From the NCBI GenBank assembly GCA_017609605.1, contig JAFCDO010000007.1, positions 17,997 to 81,996 of the forward strand: a DNA stretch of 64,000 nt. The letters are read 5' to 3'. Shown here in pieces: positions 9,069 to 19,414 of the stretch (positions are counted from its first letter, which is position 1; each line of letters begins with the position of its first letter). This stretch comes from Candidatus Parvarchaeota archaeon (lineage in GTDB: Archaea; Nanobdellota; Nanobdellia; JAAOXT01). The position numbers were made by a program, and so were the translations under genes. Below the pieces are notes generated by a model, which was not told where the DNA came from, made no database searches, and saw nothing but the letters and a program-made list of their open reading frames with translations.

Positions 9069-9974
9069 ATGTTTTTTTGTTTAGTTATGGGCTTTTTTGG
9101 CAGAAGAAAATTAAACAAGTTCAATCAAATGGGACTAATCCCTGCAGGAAACGTTCCGGAAGAAGAGTTCGTCAAACAGGCCGAAAAAAGATTGAGGATG
9201 ACGAAAACGTTAAGAGAACTTTTAGAGCTAACAAAAGCGCACGATATTGATTTAAGTCATGTATTTGAATGCGTGGGTTTTGAGTACATTAAAGAAAGGT
9301 TTCCAATCAAGAAAAGTGAAGATTTTGAAATAATCAAAAGAAAAGAACAAATCTCCCCACTAGGCGTTAAAAAACCAGTTTTTAACGAAGTCATACTTAA
9401 AGACGAGCGAATAAATACGTGGGGTAAACGTAGTTACGGAAAATTCTTAACACTTTTTGATTTTATCGCGTACGAAGAGACTGGTTGGAGAGAACACGGC
9501 GAAATTAAAAAAAATCGAATAGTTCTTCATGAAAACATTCATGCCATAAGAACCAATTTTATCGAGCCAGCAGAGTACATGCCCGAAGTATTAGAACTTC
9601 CAGAAATTGTTTGGGGTGGGGCGGAAGCCATAGAGATATATGAAAAGAGCAGATGGGATGAAGAAGAAAAGAGGGGTCAAAAGTTTTCTACCCCCAGTTT
9701 TTTTGACGTGGCTTGTTCTTACATGATTATTAGGGATTCCAGTCCTGATTTGAATGTTAGCGCCATGGCTGTCAGGATGACTGCTGAAGAAATTTGTTAC
9801 GCGTCCAGAAAAGCGGTGAGCGGCGACAATTATCACGCGGGGTTTTTCATAGGTTTTGGAAAACTGACTGGTAGAATTGAGCAAACACTGGACCAGACAA
9901 TTCTTGAAATGCGTGACGAAGGACTAATGCTTGAGTACCGGGCAAAAATGATTCTTGACGTTGGAAGAATGTGA
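9069..9974 (+). CDS. Hypothetical protein with an HExxH motif (putative Zn-metallopeptidase-like)
   Basis: Most plausible start is ATG 9069 (MFFCLVMGFFGRRK). Contains VLHENIHAIR (HExxH). No other family signature recognised. Confidence 0.45.
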   Translation: MFFCLVMGFFGRRKLNKFNQMGLIPAGNVPEEEFVKQAEKRLRMTKTLRELLELTKAHDIDLSHVFECVGFEYIKERFPIKKSEDFEIIKRKEQISPLGVKKPVFNEVILKDERINTWGKRSYGKFLTLFDFIAYEETGWREHGEIKKNRIVLHENIHAIRTNFIEPAEYMPEVLELPEIVWGGAEAIEIYEKSRWDEEEKRGQKFSTPSFFDVACSYMIIRDSSPDLNVSAMAVRMTAEEICYASRKAVSGDNYHAGFFIGFGKLTGRIEQTLDQTILEMRDEGLMLEYRAKMILDVGRM

Positions 9975-10149
9975 ATGTGCCATCAATTTTCATAAGAAAA
10001 AACTCAAAAAAGAAAAAAATTTGGTATTGTTGATCCGTCGTTCCAAGCTATAACTCAAAAAAATGGCGTCAGTCTAATAATTAAATTTCGGAACCAATTT
10101 CGCTATATTTATAAACGCTATTTAATCGTTTATTAAACTGTGAGGTTAT

Positions 10150-10596
10150 ATGTCAATAGATGATTTAGTTACCCAAAATTTGTCAAGTGAGTTAATCATA
10201 TTTAGCCACGAGAGGAGTGATGATGACTATTTGAGAATTACAGCTTCGCCCAAATCAGGAACATTTGTGGAGGATACCAAAAATATTTTAAGGCTTTATG
10301 AGGTGTTTATGAGAAATTCGTTGTATGAACATGATTACTCTCATAGAGAGATTCTAGAATTCGCTGGAGACGAAAAGAAAAAAATATTCTTCCTGCCTTC
10401 CCAAGTAGACCCAAAAATATTAGGATTGACGTTAAAGGCTGTGAAAAATCTATCAGAAATTTTCGTGGACCGAGATAAATTCAGTAGTCTTGTGGAAAGT
10501 ATTGAAAATGAAGTGGCGTTCTCAATGATGCAGAACATTCCAATAAATTCTAGAAAAATCATGTCAGAAGTAGGAATCTTCGCAACAGAGTACTAA
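10150..10596 (+). CDS. Hypothetical protein (148 aa)
   Basis: Clean ORF, no motif. Confidence 0.45.
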   Translation: MSIDDLVTQNLSSELIIFSHERSDDDYLRITASPKSGTFVEDTKNILRLYEVFMRNSLYEHDYSHREILEFAGDEKKKIFFLPSQVDPKILGLTLKAVKNLSEIFVDRDKFSSLVESIENEVAFSMMQNIPINSRKIMSEVGIFATEY

Positions 10597-10820
10597 ACTA
10601 AATTAAGATTGTAATTCTCCTTCCGAACTTTTTTTTGAGGGCTTCAATAAGAGATTCTTTAAGCCACTTTTTTCGTTAACGTGCTCAAAAAACTAGAGTT
10701 TTTTGGCGTTTCAGAAACAATTTTTGTTTCTGCTGGTTTTTGCGACGAAGTCGGAAAAACACTCGAACCGATGATTTTCTGTGTGCCGAAACCTTTGATT
10801 GGTTTCGAGCAGGGTAGGAG

Positions 10821-10894
10821 TGGACCCGACGCGATTCGAACGCGTAGCCTCCTCCGTGCAAGGGAGGCGATCTGCCAGATTGATCTACGGGCCC
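10821..10894 (-). tRNA. tRNA-Ala (UGC)
   Basis: rc = GGGCCCGTAGATCAATCTGGCAGATCGCCTCCCTTGCACGGAGGAGGCTACGCGTTCGAATCGCGTCGGGTCCA. Cloverleaf folds. Anticodon loop CTTGCAC. G3:U70 Ala identity pair present. No encoded CCA. Confidence 0.95.
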
Positions 10895-11260
10895 AAAACT
10901 TCGAATCACTTTGGGAAGTGATTCAACCTTATTGAGCAATCATTTCTTGAGAATGTTGGTTTTAAAAGTGTTTTGTTGAGAGAAAAATTGCTTCTTTGAA
11001 TTATGGCTTTCGCAGATTCGCAATTAAATTGAGGGATTGCCAAAACTCTTACGAGTCGTCTGGCAATCCATTAAATGTTTTTTTTCCCTCCGAGTTGTAT
11101 TCTCGATTTGACTCATCTTATTTCTATAATCCCTTTGCTAAGGACAAGTCTAATATCTCTTTATTGCGCGCTTTACTTATATATTTTATCGTAAAAGAAG
11201 AGTATTTGAAGTTTTTTTTTCAAGAAATTTTTTATAGTACTAACGATAATACTTGTTTTG

Positions 11261-11872
11261 ATGGAACGCTTATTAATCGGTTTAGGGGTAGTTGCAGGCG
11301 TAATAATTGTCGCGTTGCTCGTCGTGAACTATCTATTAACCCCGTACGGACTTACTGTTTTTGATGTGATAACAATTCTGTTCAACTCTTTTTCGAGTTC
11401 AGCGTCTCTCCAATCATTTGATTCCATATCTTCTGAAGATTTAGGGGAAGAGGTTTACAACCAGTTGAGAGATGATAGAATAGATGCGATTAATACTGTT
11501 GAATCGTGGAGGGCGGACGTGGAGGATGTTAATAATGACCCTGAAATGGTTTCAGCAATTAAAGCAGAGTTTGGAGAAGAGTTCACGCTTTACATGTTTT
11601 CTTATTATTATGCTGACCAGTTTAGTTTTAAGGTTTTTGAGTGGACCATGTCGCAAGAAAATGGTTTGATAACGGTTTTTGAGGAGGGCATGCCGGAGAG
11701 TTACGACGCGACTGTGGAATTAAATAACGAGTTGGTTATTCCTTTGCTTGAAGGAGAGTTAACGGAAGACGAATTGCTCAGTCAGGTAAAGCAAGGGAAC
11801 GTGAAAATTATTCCGATAACAATGCTTTCAAAAGCAGTCAGTCTTTTCCAGCGTTTTTCTTCAACAAGTTAA
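11261..11872 (+). CDS. Membrane-anchored acidic protein, hypothetical
   Basis: N-terminal TM LLIGLGVVAGVIIVALLVVNYLL followed by an acidic soluble domain. Confidence 0.45.
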   Translation: MERLLIGLGVVAGVIIVALLVVNYLLTPYGLTVFDVITILFNSFSSSASLQSFDSISSEDLGEEVYNQLRDDRIDAINTVESWRADVEDVNNDPEMVSAIKAEFGEEFTLYMFSYYYADQFSFKVFEWTMSQENGLITVFEEGMPESYDATVELNNELVIPLLEGELTEDELLSQVKQGNVKIIPITMLSKAVSLFQRFSSTS

Positions 11873-12551
11873 TGATTTCAAGTAATTCTGGAAACTTGTT
11901 TATTGAAAAGTTGTGGAATTCGAATTCATGGCCGAAAACTTGACCGTACTTGGCTAGCACGGTAATCATGCCAAGCCTGTTGGCTCCTGCAATATCTCTT
12001 TCAGGGTTGTCACCTACAAAAATGACTTGTTTCGACTTAACCTTCAGCGCTTTCAACGCCTTCCTGAATGGAAGCGGGTGGGGTTTGGCCTTGCTGTTTC
12101 GGCTTCTGCCAATGACGACGTCGAAATAGCCTTGCAATCTTAGACCGCAAATCCTAAGCCAGGCTTGCATTACTGGAGCGTCGCTGACCACTCCTAATTT
12201 TAAACCCATTTTTTTTAGTTTTTCGAGAATTATTTTCACGTTAGGATAAGGTTTTATGTATCCTTCTTTTATCCTGCGGTACGCCACGATGCCAGAGCAC
12301 ATTATTTTGTAATCTATTTTTCCAATCGCTTTTTTTAGGAATTTTTGAAATATTCGCTGGTACTCAATGCCATGGGTTTTGTAGAGTTCGAACATTAATT
12401 CAATCGCTTTTTTTTTGTCCATACTTAAACCGTTCACTATCATGGCGTCAACAGCTGCTTCCACGCTTTTGTTCTTCATCGTCGTGTAATCGATTAGCGT
12501 GTTGTCAAGGTCGAAGAGAACTGCTTTAATCATGATAAAAAAATAGTTCAC
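11838..12551 (-). CDS. HAD-superfamily hydrolase (phosphatase)
   Basis: Motif I VLFDLDNTLIDY; motif III/IV ...VGDNPERDIAGANRLGM. The start may be the internal Met (MIKAVLFD, 12533). Confidence 0.8.
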   Translation of the reverse strand: MNYFFIMIKAVLFDLDNTLIDYTTMKNKSVEAAVDAMIVNGLSMDKKKAIELMFELYKTHGIEYQRIFQKFLKKAIGKIDYKIMCSGIVAYRRIKEGYIKPYPNVKIILEKLKKMGLKLGVVSDAPVMQAWLRICGLRLQGYFDVVIGRSRNSKAKPHPLPFRKALKALKVKSKQVIFVGDNPERDIAGANRLGMITVLAKYGQVFGHEFEFHNFSINKFPELLEIINLLKKNAGKD

Positions 12552-12608
12552 GAGTTTTTAATTATCTTGTGGTTAGGCAAGCCTAGTTATTGTTAGAATG
12601 AAAGAGTT

Positions 12609-12635
12609 GCATGAATCTTTGTGTAGCGTCCAACC
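12609..12635 (-). other. 3' trailer half of the 16S processing stem
   Basis: gcatgaatctttgtgtagcgtccaacc is complementary to 14214-14240 (12-bp and 6-bp helices flanking a 9/9-nt internal region). Confidence 0.7.
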
Positions 12636-12703
12636 CTCCTGTTGGAGTGATAATTTGTTTTCCCGTTTTCTGCACACGGACCTCACTATCAAAAAATTTT
12701 TTT

Positions 12704-14173
<1,470 letters not shown>

Positions 14174-14213
14174 TATAACGGGTTTACTACTCTTTTTTTT
14201 TTCACAACAAATA

Positions 14214-14240
14214 GGTTGGATATCGCCTAAAGATTCATGC
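14214..14240 (-). other. 5' leader half of the 16S processing stem
   Basis: ggttggatatcgcctaaagattcatgc; see 12609-12635. Confidence 0.7.
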
Positions 14241-14485
14241 ATCATACCCACCGTTGGTGGGCACTCATCCTGACTTGAACAGAAGCCTTTTTTTTTGGCA
14301 CGAAAAAAACAGGTTTTTATTGGGAAGAGTAATTTTTCATAGACACTACAAGATGCAGTGATTCTCGAATTACCCGCCGGAAATATTCAATAATCCTTTT
14401 TTTTTTCATGATCTTAAATTGCTACAGTTTCAGATCAATTCTATAGGATGAGAGGTTTTCTTTATAAAGTTTTGTATTAAAAAAA

Positions 14486-14710
14486 ATGTTTTTAAGCTCG
14501 TTTTGTGTAAAGATTGACGTGAAAGAGGAAAACAAGAATCTTTTGGTGGCAGGAGTTTTAGGAGGATTGGGTGGGGGCTTGGCTCTTTTCATAATCTTCA
14601 GTTTCTTTTTGCAAAACGAGTCAGCTTGGACTTATCTGATTTTCTTTCCAGTGTTTTATACGCTTACTTATTTTTTGTTCGGAAAGTTTTTGAATCGTGT
14701 CTCTGTTTGA
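14486..14710 (+). CDS. Small membrane protein (74 aa), hypothetical
   Basis: Two predicted TM segments (LLVAGVLGGLGGGLALFIIFSFF; WTYLIFFPVFYTLTYFLF). TTTATAAA box at 14461-14468. Confidence 0.35.
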   Translation: MFLSSFCVKIDVKEENKNLLVAGVLGGLGGGLALFIIFSFFLQNESAWTYLIFFPVFYTLTYFLFGKFLNRVSV

Positions 14711-14915
14711 TTTTGTTGAGCAAAGCAGTAAAGTTGTCATCGGACTCAATCACTTCTTTCTGATAGACAGCTATGTACCTGTTTGGGTAGTTCTCAACCA
14801 GTTCTTTCCATTGTTGGTTCACCCAAGTTGTATTATCACTAATCTCCTTAAAATCTCGAATAACTTGTTCGGGATTCGCTAACATATCCTCTATCATTTC
14901 TTCAGTTGATGGCAT
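14664..14915 (-). CDS. Small protein, DUF5678-like (antitoxin-like fold family), hypothetical
   Basis: 83 aa. The pattern W..QW.EL...YPNRYIAVYQKEVIESDDN resembles the DUF5678 core. Weak. Confidence 0.4.
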   Translation of the reverse strand: MPSTEEMIEDMLANPEQVIRDFKEISDNTTWVNQQWKELVENYPNRYIAVYQKEVIESDDNFTALLNKIKQRHDSKTFRTKNK

Positions 14916-14958
14916 ACTAATACTTACGAGTGATAGTTATAAAAACGTTATGCAAGGC

Positions 14959-15428
14959 TTAATCCAGAAGGTCTTCGACGGTTAACACGTTGTGTAAGAG
15001 AAATTTTGGTTCTTGTAATCCTCGTTTGACAATCACGTGATATCCAAGGATTTCAGCACCCGTTTTTTTAATGATGTCTCCTATTTCTCTCAGACTTTGT
15101 TATCTTTTTCAGTTGGGACGTAACCGTCAATAAACTCTTTTCTGCCATGGTTTTTTGGAGTGTTTCTTACCATTGCTAGTTCAAACCCTTTCATAGAACA
15201 GAGCTTAACAGCTAATGGCAGTCCTCCGTAACCAGATGCGGCAATGCAAGTAGTTTTTTTGTCCATTTTACTCCATAATAGGCGACACATTAGTTTTAGA
15301 ATGTTAGAGTAGCCAAACGCTTTCTTGATGTCAACATAGAAATCAGAGGCTTCAACGTTTTTTAATCTCACTGGCTCTTTGTAAATCACTTCCAGTTCTT
15401 TTAGTCTTTTAACAAGTTCGCTTTTCAT
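14959..15428 (-). pseudogene. Type I phosphoribosyltransferase (PyrE-like), disrupted: PRPP loop missing plus frameshift
   Basis: The N-terminal 112 aa (ASDFYVDIKK..., IAASGYGGLPLA, MVRNTPKNHGRKEFIDGY...DNKV*) stop exactly where the VxxDDVxTTG PRPP motif should begin. The next frame (15090-14959) reads REIGDIIKKTGAEILGYHVIVKRG...VEDLLD*, which is the normal C-terminus. Confidence 0.6.
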
Positions 15429-15439
15429 TAATTTTTGAG

Positions 15440-15569
15440 TGTAGGGGCTGGGATTCGAACCCAGGAACCCACTAAGAGACAGGGTTTCTCACTAAAACTT
15501 TTTGATTAAACTTTTTCGCAAAAAGTTTAGTCCTAAGCCCTGCGCCGTTGGCCACTTGGCTACCCCTAC
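15440..15569 (-). tRNA. tRNA-Leu (UAG) with 46-nt intron at 37/38
   Basis: rc = GTAGGGGTAGCCAAGTGGCCAACGGCGCAGGGCTTAGG[ACTAAAC...GTGAGAA]ACCCTGTCTCTTAGTGGGTTCCTGGGTTCGAATCCCAGCCCCTACA. Long variable arm. Bulge-helix-bulge: CTTA/TGAG central helix with 3-nt bulges at both junctions. Confidence 0.9.
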
Positions 15570-15655
15570 AATGATAAATTAATTCGTAAAAGAATGTTTA
15601 AAAGCGTTTTGGTGGAGAAAAGTTTAATACGCTGATTAGTCTATTAGATCTTATC

Positions 15656-16114
15656 ATGCTTTATAGAGATGAGGTTAAGAAAGAATGGGGTGCTGTGCGC
15701 AAGAAGATAGGTTTACCAAGCATTAATGAGTTTGAAAGTTTTTTGTGTGTGGATTTGAGGCTTCCAGTTGTTGAGAGCGCTTTGCTACTTCTTAAAAGCA
15801 GGGTAGCAAGTTTTGAAGGGTTAATATACAGCACTTTAACTAAGAGGAGTTATTTCTTTGATGTTGAAGAGAGTTTTCTCACATCATCTGAGAAAAAAGT
15901 TTTGAAGAAAAAGCTGAAAAAAATTGCATGTTTGATTAATAATGTATCATCAGCGCTTTGTGGTTCTAAAAACAAAAAACTGATGGTTCTGGAAAGCACT
16001 TATGAGACTGTTAAACAAGATTTGTACCCTTTCTTTAAAGATCATTACAAAAAAATGAGTTCAAAGTGGAAAAGTAAAGAGGAAAAAAAGAAACCTGATT
16101 CATCTTTTGGTTAA
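15656..16114 (+). CDS. Hypothetical Lys-rich protein (152 aa)
   Basis: Clean ORF, no motif. Confidence 0.45.
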   Translation: MLYRDEVKKEWGAVRKKIGLPSINEFESFLCVDLRLPVVESALLLLKSRVASFEGLIYSTLTKRSYFFDVEESFLTSSEKKVLKKKLKKIACLINNVSSALCGSKNKKLMVLESTYETVKQDLYPFFKDHYKKMSSKWKSKEEKKKPDSSFG

Positions 16115-16173
16115 CATCAACCTTCTTTTTTCCAAAGAAGAAACCTTGATTAAAAACTTGAGAACTTCAATGA

Positions 16174-16308
16174 TTACTTAGCTCTTTCTCTTTGCTTTCT
16201 TCTCTTGCGCTTTCTTTCCCTGATTTTTTTCTTACGAGTCTTCCACCTACACCTGTGGCTTCCTCGTCTTCCAATCGTTTTCTTCCAGTTCCTTGAGCTT
16301 CTCTTCAT
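16174..16308 (-). CDS. Possible very basic 44-aa protein (below ORF-track cutoff)
   Basis: ATG 16308 ... TAA 16174 gives MKRSSRNWKKTIGRRGSHRCRWKTRKKKIRERKRKRRKQRERAK. Composition resembles small ribosomal or nucleic-acid-binding proteins. Sits in an otherwise empty 210-nt gap. Confidence 0.3.
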   Translation of the reverse strand: MKRSSRNWKKTIGRRGSHRCRWKTRKKKIRERKRKRRKQRERAK

Positions 16309-16325
16309 TTGTGCGTTAAGAAGTA

Positions 16326-16988
16326 TTAACCTTCTTTTTTAAACCTTTTCCTTAGAAACCTGTTGTAAGCTTTTAGGAACCCGCCTTTGACGTGTTGTAG
16401 AATGGGTGGACTGTACTTACCGAAAGATTGGGTTTTTCCTCTTTTTACTGCTTCCAGTACAGCGTTCACAGTTTTTTTTGAATCCACAAGCGTGAAAGCA
16501 TTGCCTAATTCTTTGTAGAAATGAGCGTCACTGCCTCCAACTTTTGGAAGCCCGTGTTTTTCAGCGAAAACGTCCGCGTTACTTGAAGCTAAAGGCCAGA
16601 GTGTTCGAGCATTCCGGGTCTCCACCGCGTGAATGAACTTTGGGTTGAGCCTTCCCCGGTTAATAGCTATTCTCATGTAATCATAAGGGTGAGGAACTAT
16701 TACCACGCCTCCTTGTTTGATGATTTCTTTGGCAGTTATTTCAGCGCTCATCAAAGGTTTTATTGAAGTCTTGATGTTCAATCCTAACAAGTGGCCTTGT
16801 TTAGTGCTGATTTCTTCCCCATAAATCGTTAAGAAATCTTTAACCTTGACTATTTCAGGAATGGCGTCGTGGTCCACGAACGCTGCCCCGTCAAAGCCTT
16901 TGCTTTTCAGGATTCGAACAGCTTTTTTGACCTCGATCCGCGAGTGGTCTCCTTGAAGCGTGTGAACGTGAAAATCAAATTTTAGCAT
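16326..16988 (-). CDS. PHP-domain metal-dependent phosphoesterase
   Basis: N-terminal FDFHVHT, internal VVIVPHPYD, GGSDAHF: typical PHP His/Asp motifs. Confidence 0.75.
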   Translation of the reverse strand: MLKFDFHVHTLQGDHSRIEVKKAVRILKSKGFDGAAFVDHDAIPEIVKVKDFLTIYGEEISTKQGHLLGLNIKTSIKPLMSAEITAKEIIKQGGVVIVPHPYDYMRIAINRGRLNPKFIHAVETRNARTLWPLASSNADVFAEKHGLPKVGGSDAHFYKELGNAFTLVDSKKTVNAVLEAVKRGKTQSFGKYSPPILQHVKGGFLKAYNRFLRKRFKKEG

Positions 16989-16995
16989 GGTGTCA

Positions 16996-17286
16996 TCAAA
17001 CCTTCTTATTCTTTTTATTGTTTTGCTTAGAGCCTCGTTTCCTTTTTCTGCGGAATTCTTTCTTTATCGCTGAAAAAATCTCTTTACCCATTAGTATCGC
17101 GCCAATGTTTCCAGTAATCCAAGGCAGGAAGAAGAGAAATGTTCCAATCCATACAACGCCCATGCCGAGGAGGATTATGCCCGTAAAACCTACAGGGTAT
17201 CCTGTGAGCCAGAGGATAAAACCGATTTTTCCAAGTTTTGGCAACCCTTTGATTATTCCAAGAATTTTTTTTATTTTTTCTTTCAC
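16996..17286 (-). CDS. Small membrane protein with basic tail (96 aa)
   Basis: Two TM segments followed by a KRKRGSKQNNKKNKK tail. Confidence 0.4.
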   Translation of the reverse strand: MKEKIKKILGIIKGLPKLGKIGFILWLTGYPVGFTGIILLGMGVVWIGTFLFFLPWITGNIGAILMGKEIFSAIKKEFRRKRKRGSKQNNKKNKKV

Positions 17287-17362
17287 GGGTTAAACTATCT
17301 AGGAGTTAAGAGTAATAAAGGTTTTTAAAGACAAGAGATAATTTTAGGTTAATTGATATTAA

Positions 17363-18094
17363 ATGAAAGATGAAAAGAAAAAAAAAATAGTTAGGAATGT
17401 TTATGGTAAGATAGCGAGAGGAAGTGGTTGCTGTAGTGGGTGTGATTCTGAACAAATAGCTAAAACTATTGGTTACTCTGACGAAGAGATTCAAACTGCT
17501 CCAGAAGCCAATCAGGGTTTGGGGTGCGGAAACCCAACTGCAATTGGAAATATAAGGAAGGGAGACATTGTTCTGGACCTTGGCTCGGGAACAGGTTTTG
17601 ACTGTTTTTTGGCCGCTAAAAAAGTGGGTTCTTCAGGTAAAATTATTGGTGTTGACATGACCGAAGACATGATAAGAAAGGCAAAAGGTTTCGCTGAGAA
17701 ACACAATTTTAGTAATGTAGAATTTAGATTAGGGGACATTGAAAATTTACCCGTTGAAAGGAATTCAATTGATGTTATAATCAGTAATTGCGTGATTAAT
17801 CTTTCTCCCGATAAAAGAAAAGTTTTCAAGGAGGCGCATAGAGTTTTGAAGTCTGGAGGGAGAATGTATGTTTCAGACATTGTTTTATTGGAAGAGCTTT
17901 CAGAGGAGAAAAAAAATGATGCAAACCTATTCGCAGGATGCGTTAGTGGAGCATTAATGAAAGAAAATTATATTAAAATGATTGAGAGTTCAGGGTTTAA
18001 AGTTAAAATCATGTCCGAAAACAAAGAGATAAGTAAGACACAGTACGACGGAATTTTGCTTGAAAGCTTGAGCGTGGAAGCACTAAAACTTTAA
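17363..18094 (+). CDS. arsM: Arsenite S-adenosylmethionine methyltransferase-like (ArsM family)
   Basis: VRNVYGKIA...GCCSGC... then GLGCGNPTA, the SAM motif VLDLGSGTGFDCF, and NCVINLSPDK, as in ArsM/AS3MT. Confidence 0.75.
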   Translation: MKDEKKKKIVRNVYGKIARGSGCCSGCDSEQIAKTIGYSDEEIQTAPEANQGLGCGNPTAIGNIRKGDIVLDLGSGTGFDCFLAAKKVGSSGKIIGVDMTEDMIRKAKGFAEKHNFSNVEFRLGDIENLPVERNSIDVIISNCVINLSPDKRKVFKEAHRVLKSGGRMYVSDIVLLEELSEEKKNDANLFAGCVSGALMKENYIKMIESSGFKVKIMSENKEISKTQYDGILLESLSVEALKL

Positions 18095-18275
18095 AAAAAG
18101 TTATTTTGTCAATCACCATTTTTATCTACATGGAGAAATTATAGGAATATTTGAAAAATGTTTAAGTCGTGGTCTTTGCTTTTTTTTTTGGGGGGGGGTT
18201 AAATAATAATTGATTAAAATCCATTTTTTCTAAAAAAGAAAAGTCTTAAAACGAACATTTTCTGAAGTTTTTCTT

Positions 18276-19397
18276 ATGAGTTTAATGACTGACGATTCAG
18301 GAGATTTCTATTTATCTCCTGGCAAGGTGGTTTCGTATGTACTATCCAGTTTTTCGAGCGAGGATAGAATGAGTTTTGATACTGAATCATTTTTTTCAGG
18401 GCGTGAAGGTTTTATTGTTAAAGAAATGGTTAGAAAAAATGTTCGGAAAAATGGTTACTTTTACACAGATTATGAGGGCGGCGAAGGAGGGAAGGTTCTT
18501 TTCAAAATAATTCCAAATGTTTATAGAGGCCCAATTGAAATAGAAGAAGCTGTTTTGGATACAAAAGGTCTTGAAAGTTTTTTAAAACCGACTACGAATT
18601 TTGATTTTGAAACAGAGTCCGTTGTAAAAGTCTCTAAGAAAATATCTTCAAGTCTTAACGAGTCAGAAAAACTGAATCCTCTTATTGTCAGTGACAGAAT
18701 TGTTGACTGGATTCAGGATAATATAGAATACTGTTCAGTTCCTAAAAGTAGTGTTGAGCACGTTGCTGGCTGGGTTGAAACACTTTCTTCTGAGCAGAAA
18801 AGAGACTCTTTCACGATTCTTAATACAAGTTATAATATTAGAAGTGATATACTGAAAAAGGTTGCGAGACATATTCGTTTACCAAACAATGTCACAGATG
18901 ATTTTGAGATTGCTAAATTCGTTATGAATAAAGCAGGAAATATTGGAGGAGTATTCAAGTTTTTCTGGCTTGGCGAAGAAATGACTGCTAGCAGAACTTT
19001 AGAGAGTGGTATGGGAAAATGTACTGGGCAGGCACGTCTTTTCGTGGCTTTAACGAGAAGTCTTGGGATTCCATGTCAAAACGCGGGGGGTTATCTAGGG
19101 GGTTTTGACGGCGGGAATCATGCTTGGGCGAACGTTTTTGCACACCCTTACGGTTGGGTTGAATTTGATCCAACGAACGGAGAAATAAAAGAATGTGACA
19201 GAAAATATTATGGATACAAATTTTTTAAAGAAAGAGGAAGTTATCCAAAGTTAAGTTTAATTGAGCGTGAGAACTCATCAAATCAAGATCTTGAAGAGAT
19301 TATTGAACTTCTCGAGAATAATCAAGGAATCCTGCATAGGCTTATAGGAAGAAAAAAGCACGCGAAAGACATAGAATTCCTGCAGGGTTTAAGATAA
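18276..19397 (+). CDS. Transglutaminase-like cysteine protease-fold protein
   Basis: Core GMGKCTGQARLFVALTRSLGIPC ... GNHAWANVF ... WVEFDPTNG supplies the Cys-His-Asp triad. Confidence 0.75.
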   Translation: MSLMTDDSGDFYLSPGKVVSYVLSSFSSEDRMSFDTESFFSGREGFIVKEMVRKNVRKNGYFYTDYEGGEGGKVLFKIIPNVYRGPIEIEEAVLDTKGLESFLKPTTNFDFETESVVKVSKKISSSLNESEKLNPLIVSDRIVDWIQDNIEYCSVPKSSVEHVAGWVETLSSEQKRDSFTILNTSYNIRSDILKKVARHIRLPNNVTDDFEIAKFVMNKAGNIGGVFKFFWLGEEMTASRTLESGMGKCTGQARLFVALTRSLGIPCQNAGGYLGGFDGGNHAWANVFAHPYGWVEFDPTNGEIKECDRKYYGYKFFKERGSYPKLSLIERENSSNQDLEEIIELLENNQGILHRLIGRKKHAKDIEFLQGLR

Positions 19398-19414
19398 AAA
19401 AAAGAAATGAGGGA

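Noticed and set aside
10712-10732. Hairpin cagaaacaatttttgtttctg as a terminator
   Set aside because: Archaeal termination relies mainly on oligo-T tracts. The strand and the gene it would serve are ambiguous (>100 nt from 10596, ~90 nt from the tRNA-Ala 3' end).
10681-10939. Two mirror 84-aa ORFs on opposite strands
   Set aside because: Both span the tRNA-Ala gene and its GC-rich flank, with non-ATG starts. They are artefacts of the tRNA sequence.
10996-11364. 122-aa ORF upstream of and overlapping 11261-11872
   Set aside because: TTG start, low-complexity sequence, and overlap with a better gene that has a clear TM-anchored product. Treated as non-coding.
15570-15635. Possible C/D box sRNA (ATGATAA ... 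CTGA about 60 nt apart) upstream of tRNA-Leu
   Set aside because: The C box is imperfect, no C'/D' boxes are present and there is no terminal stem; not supportable by eye.
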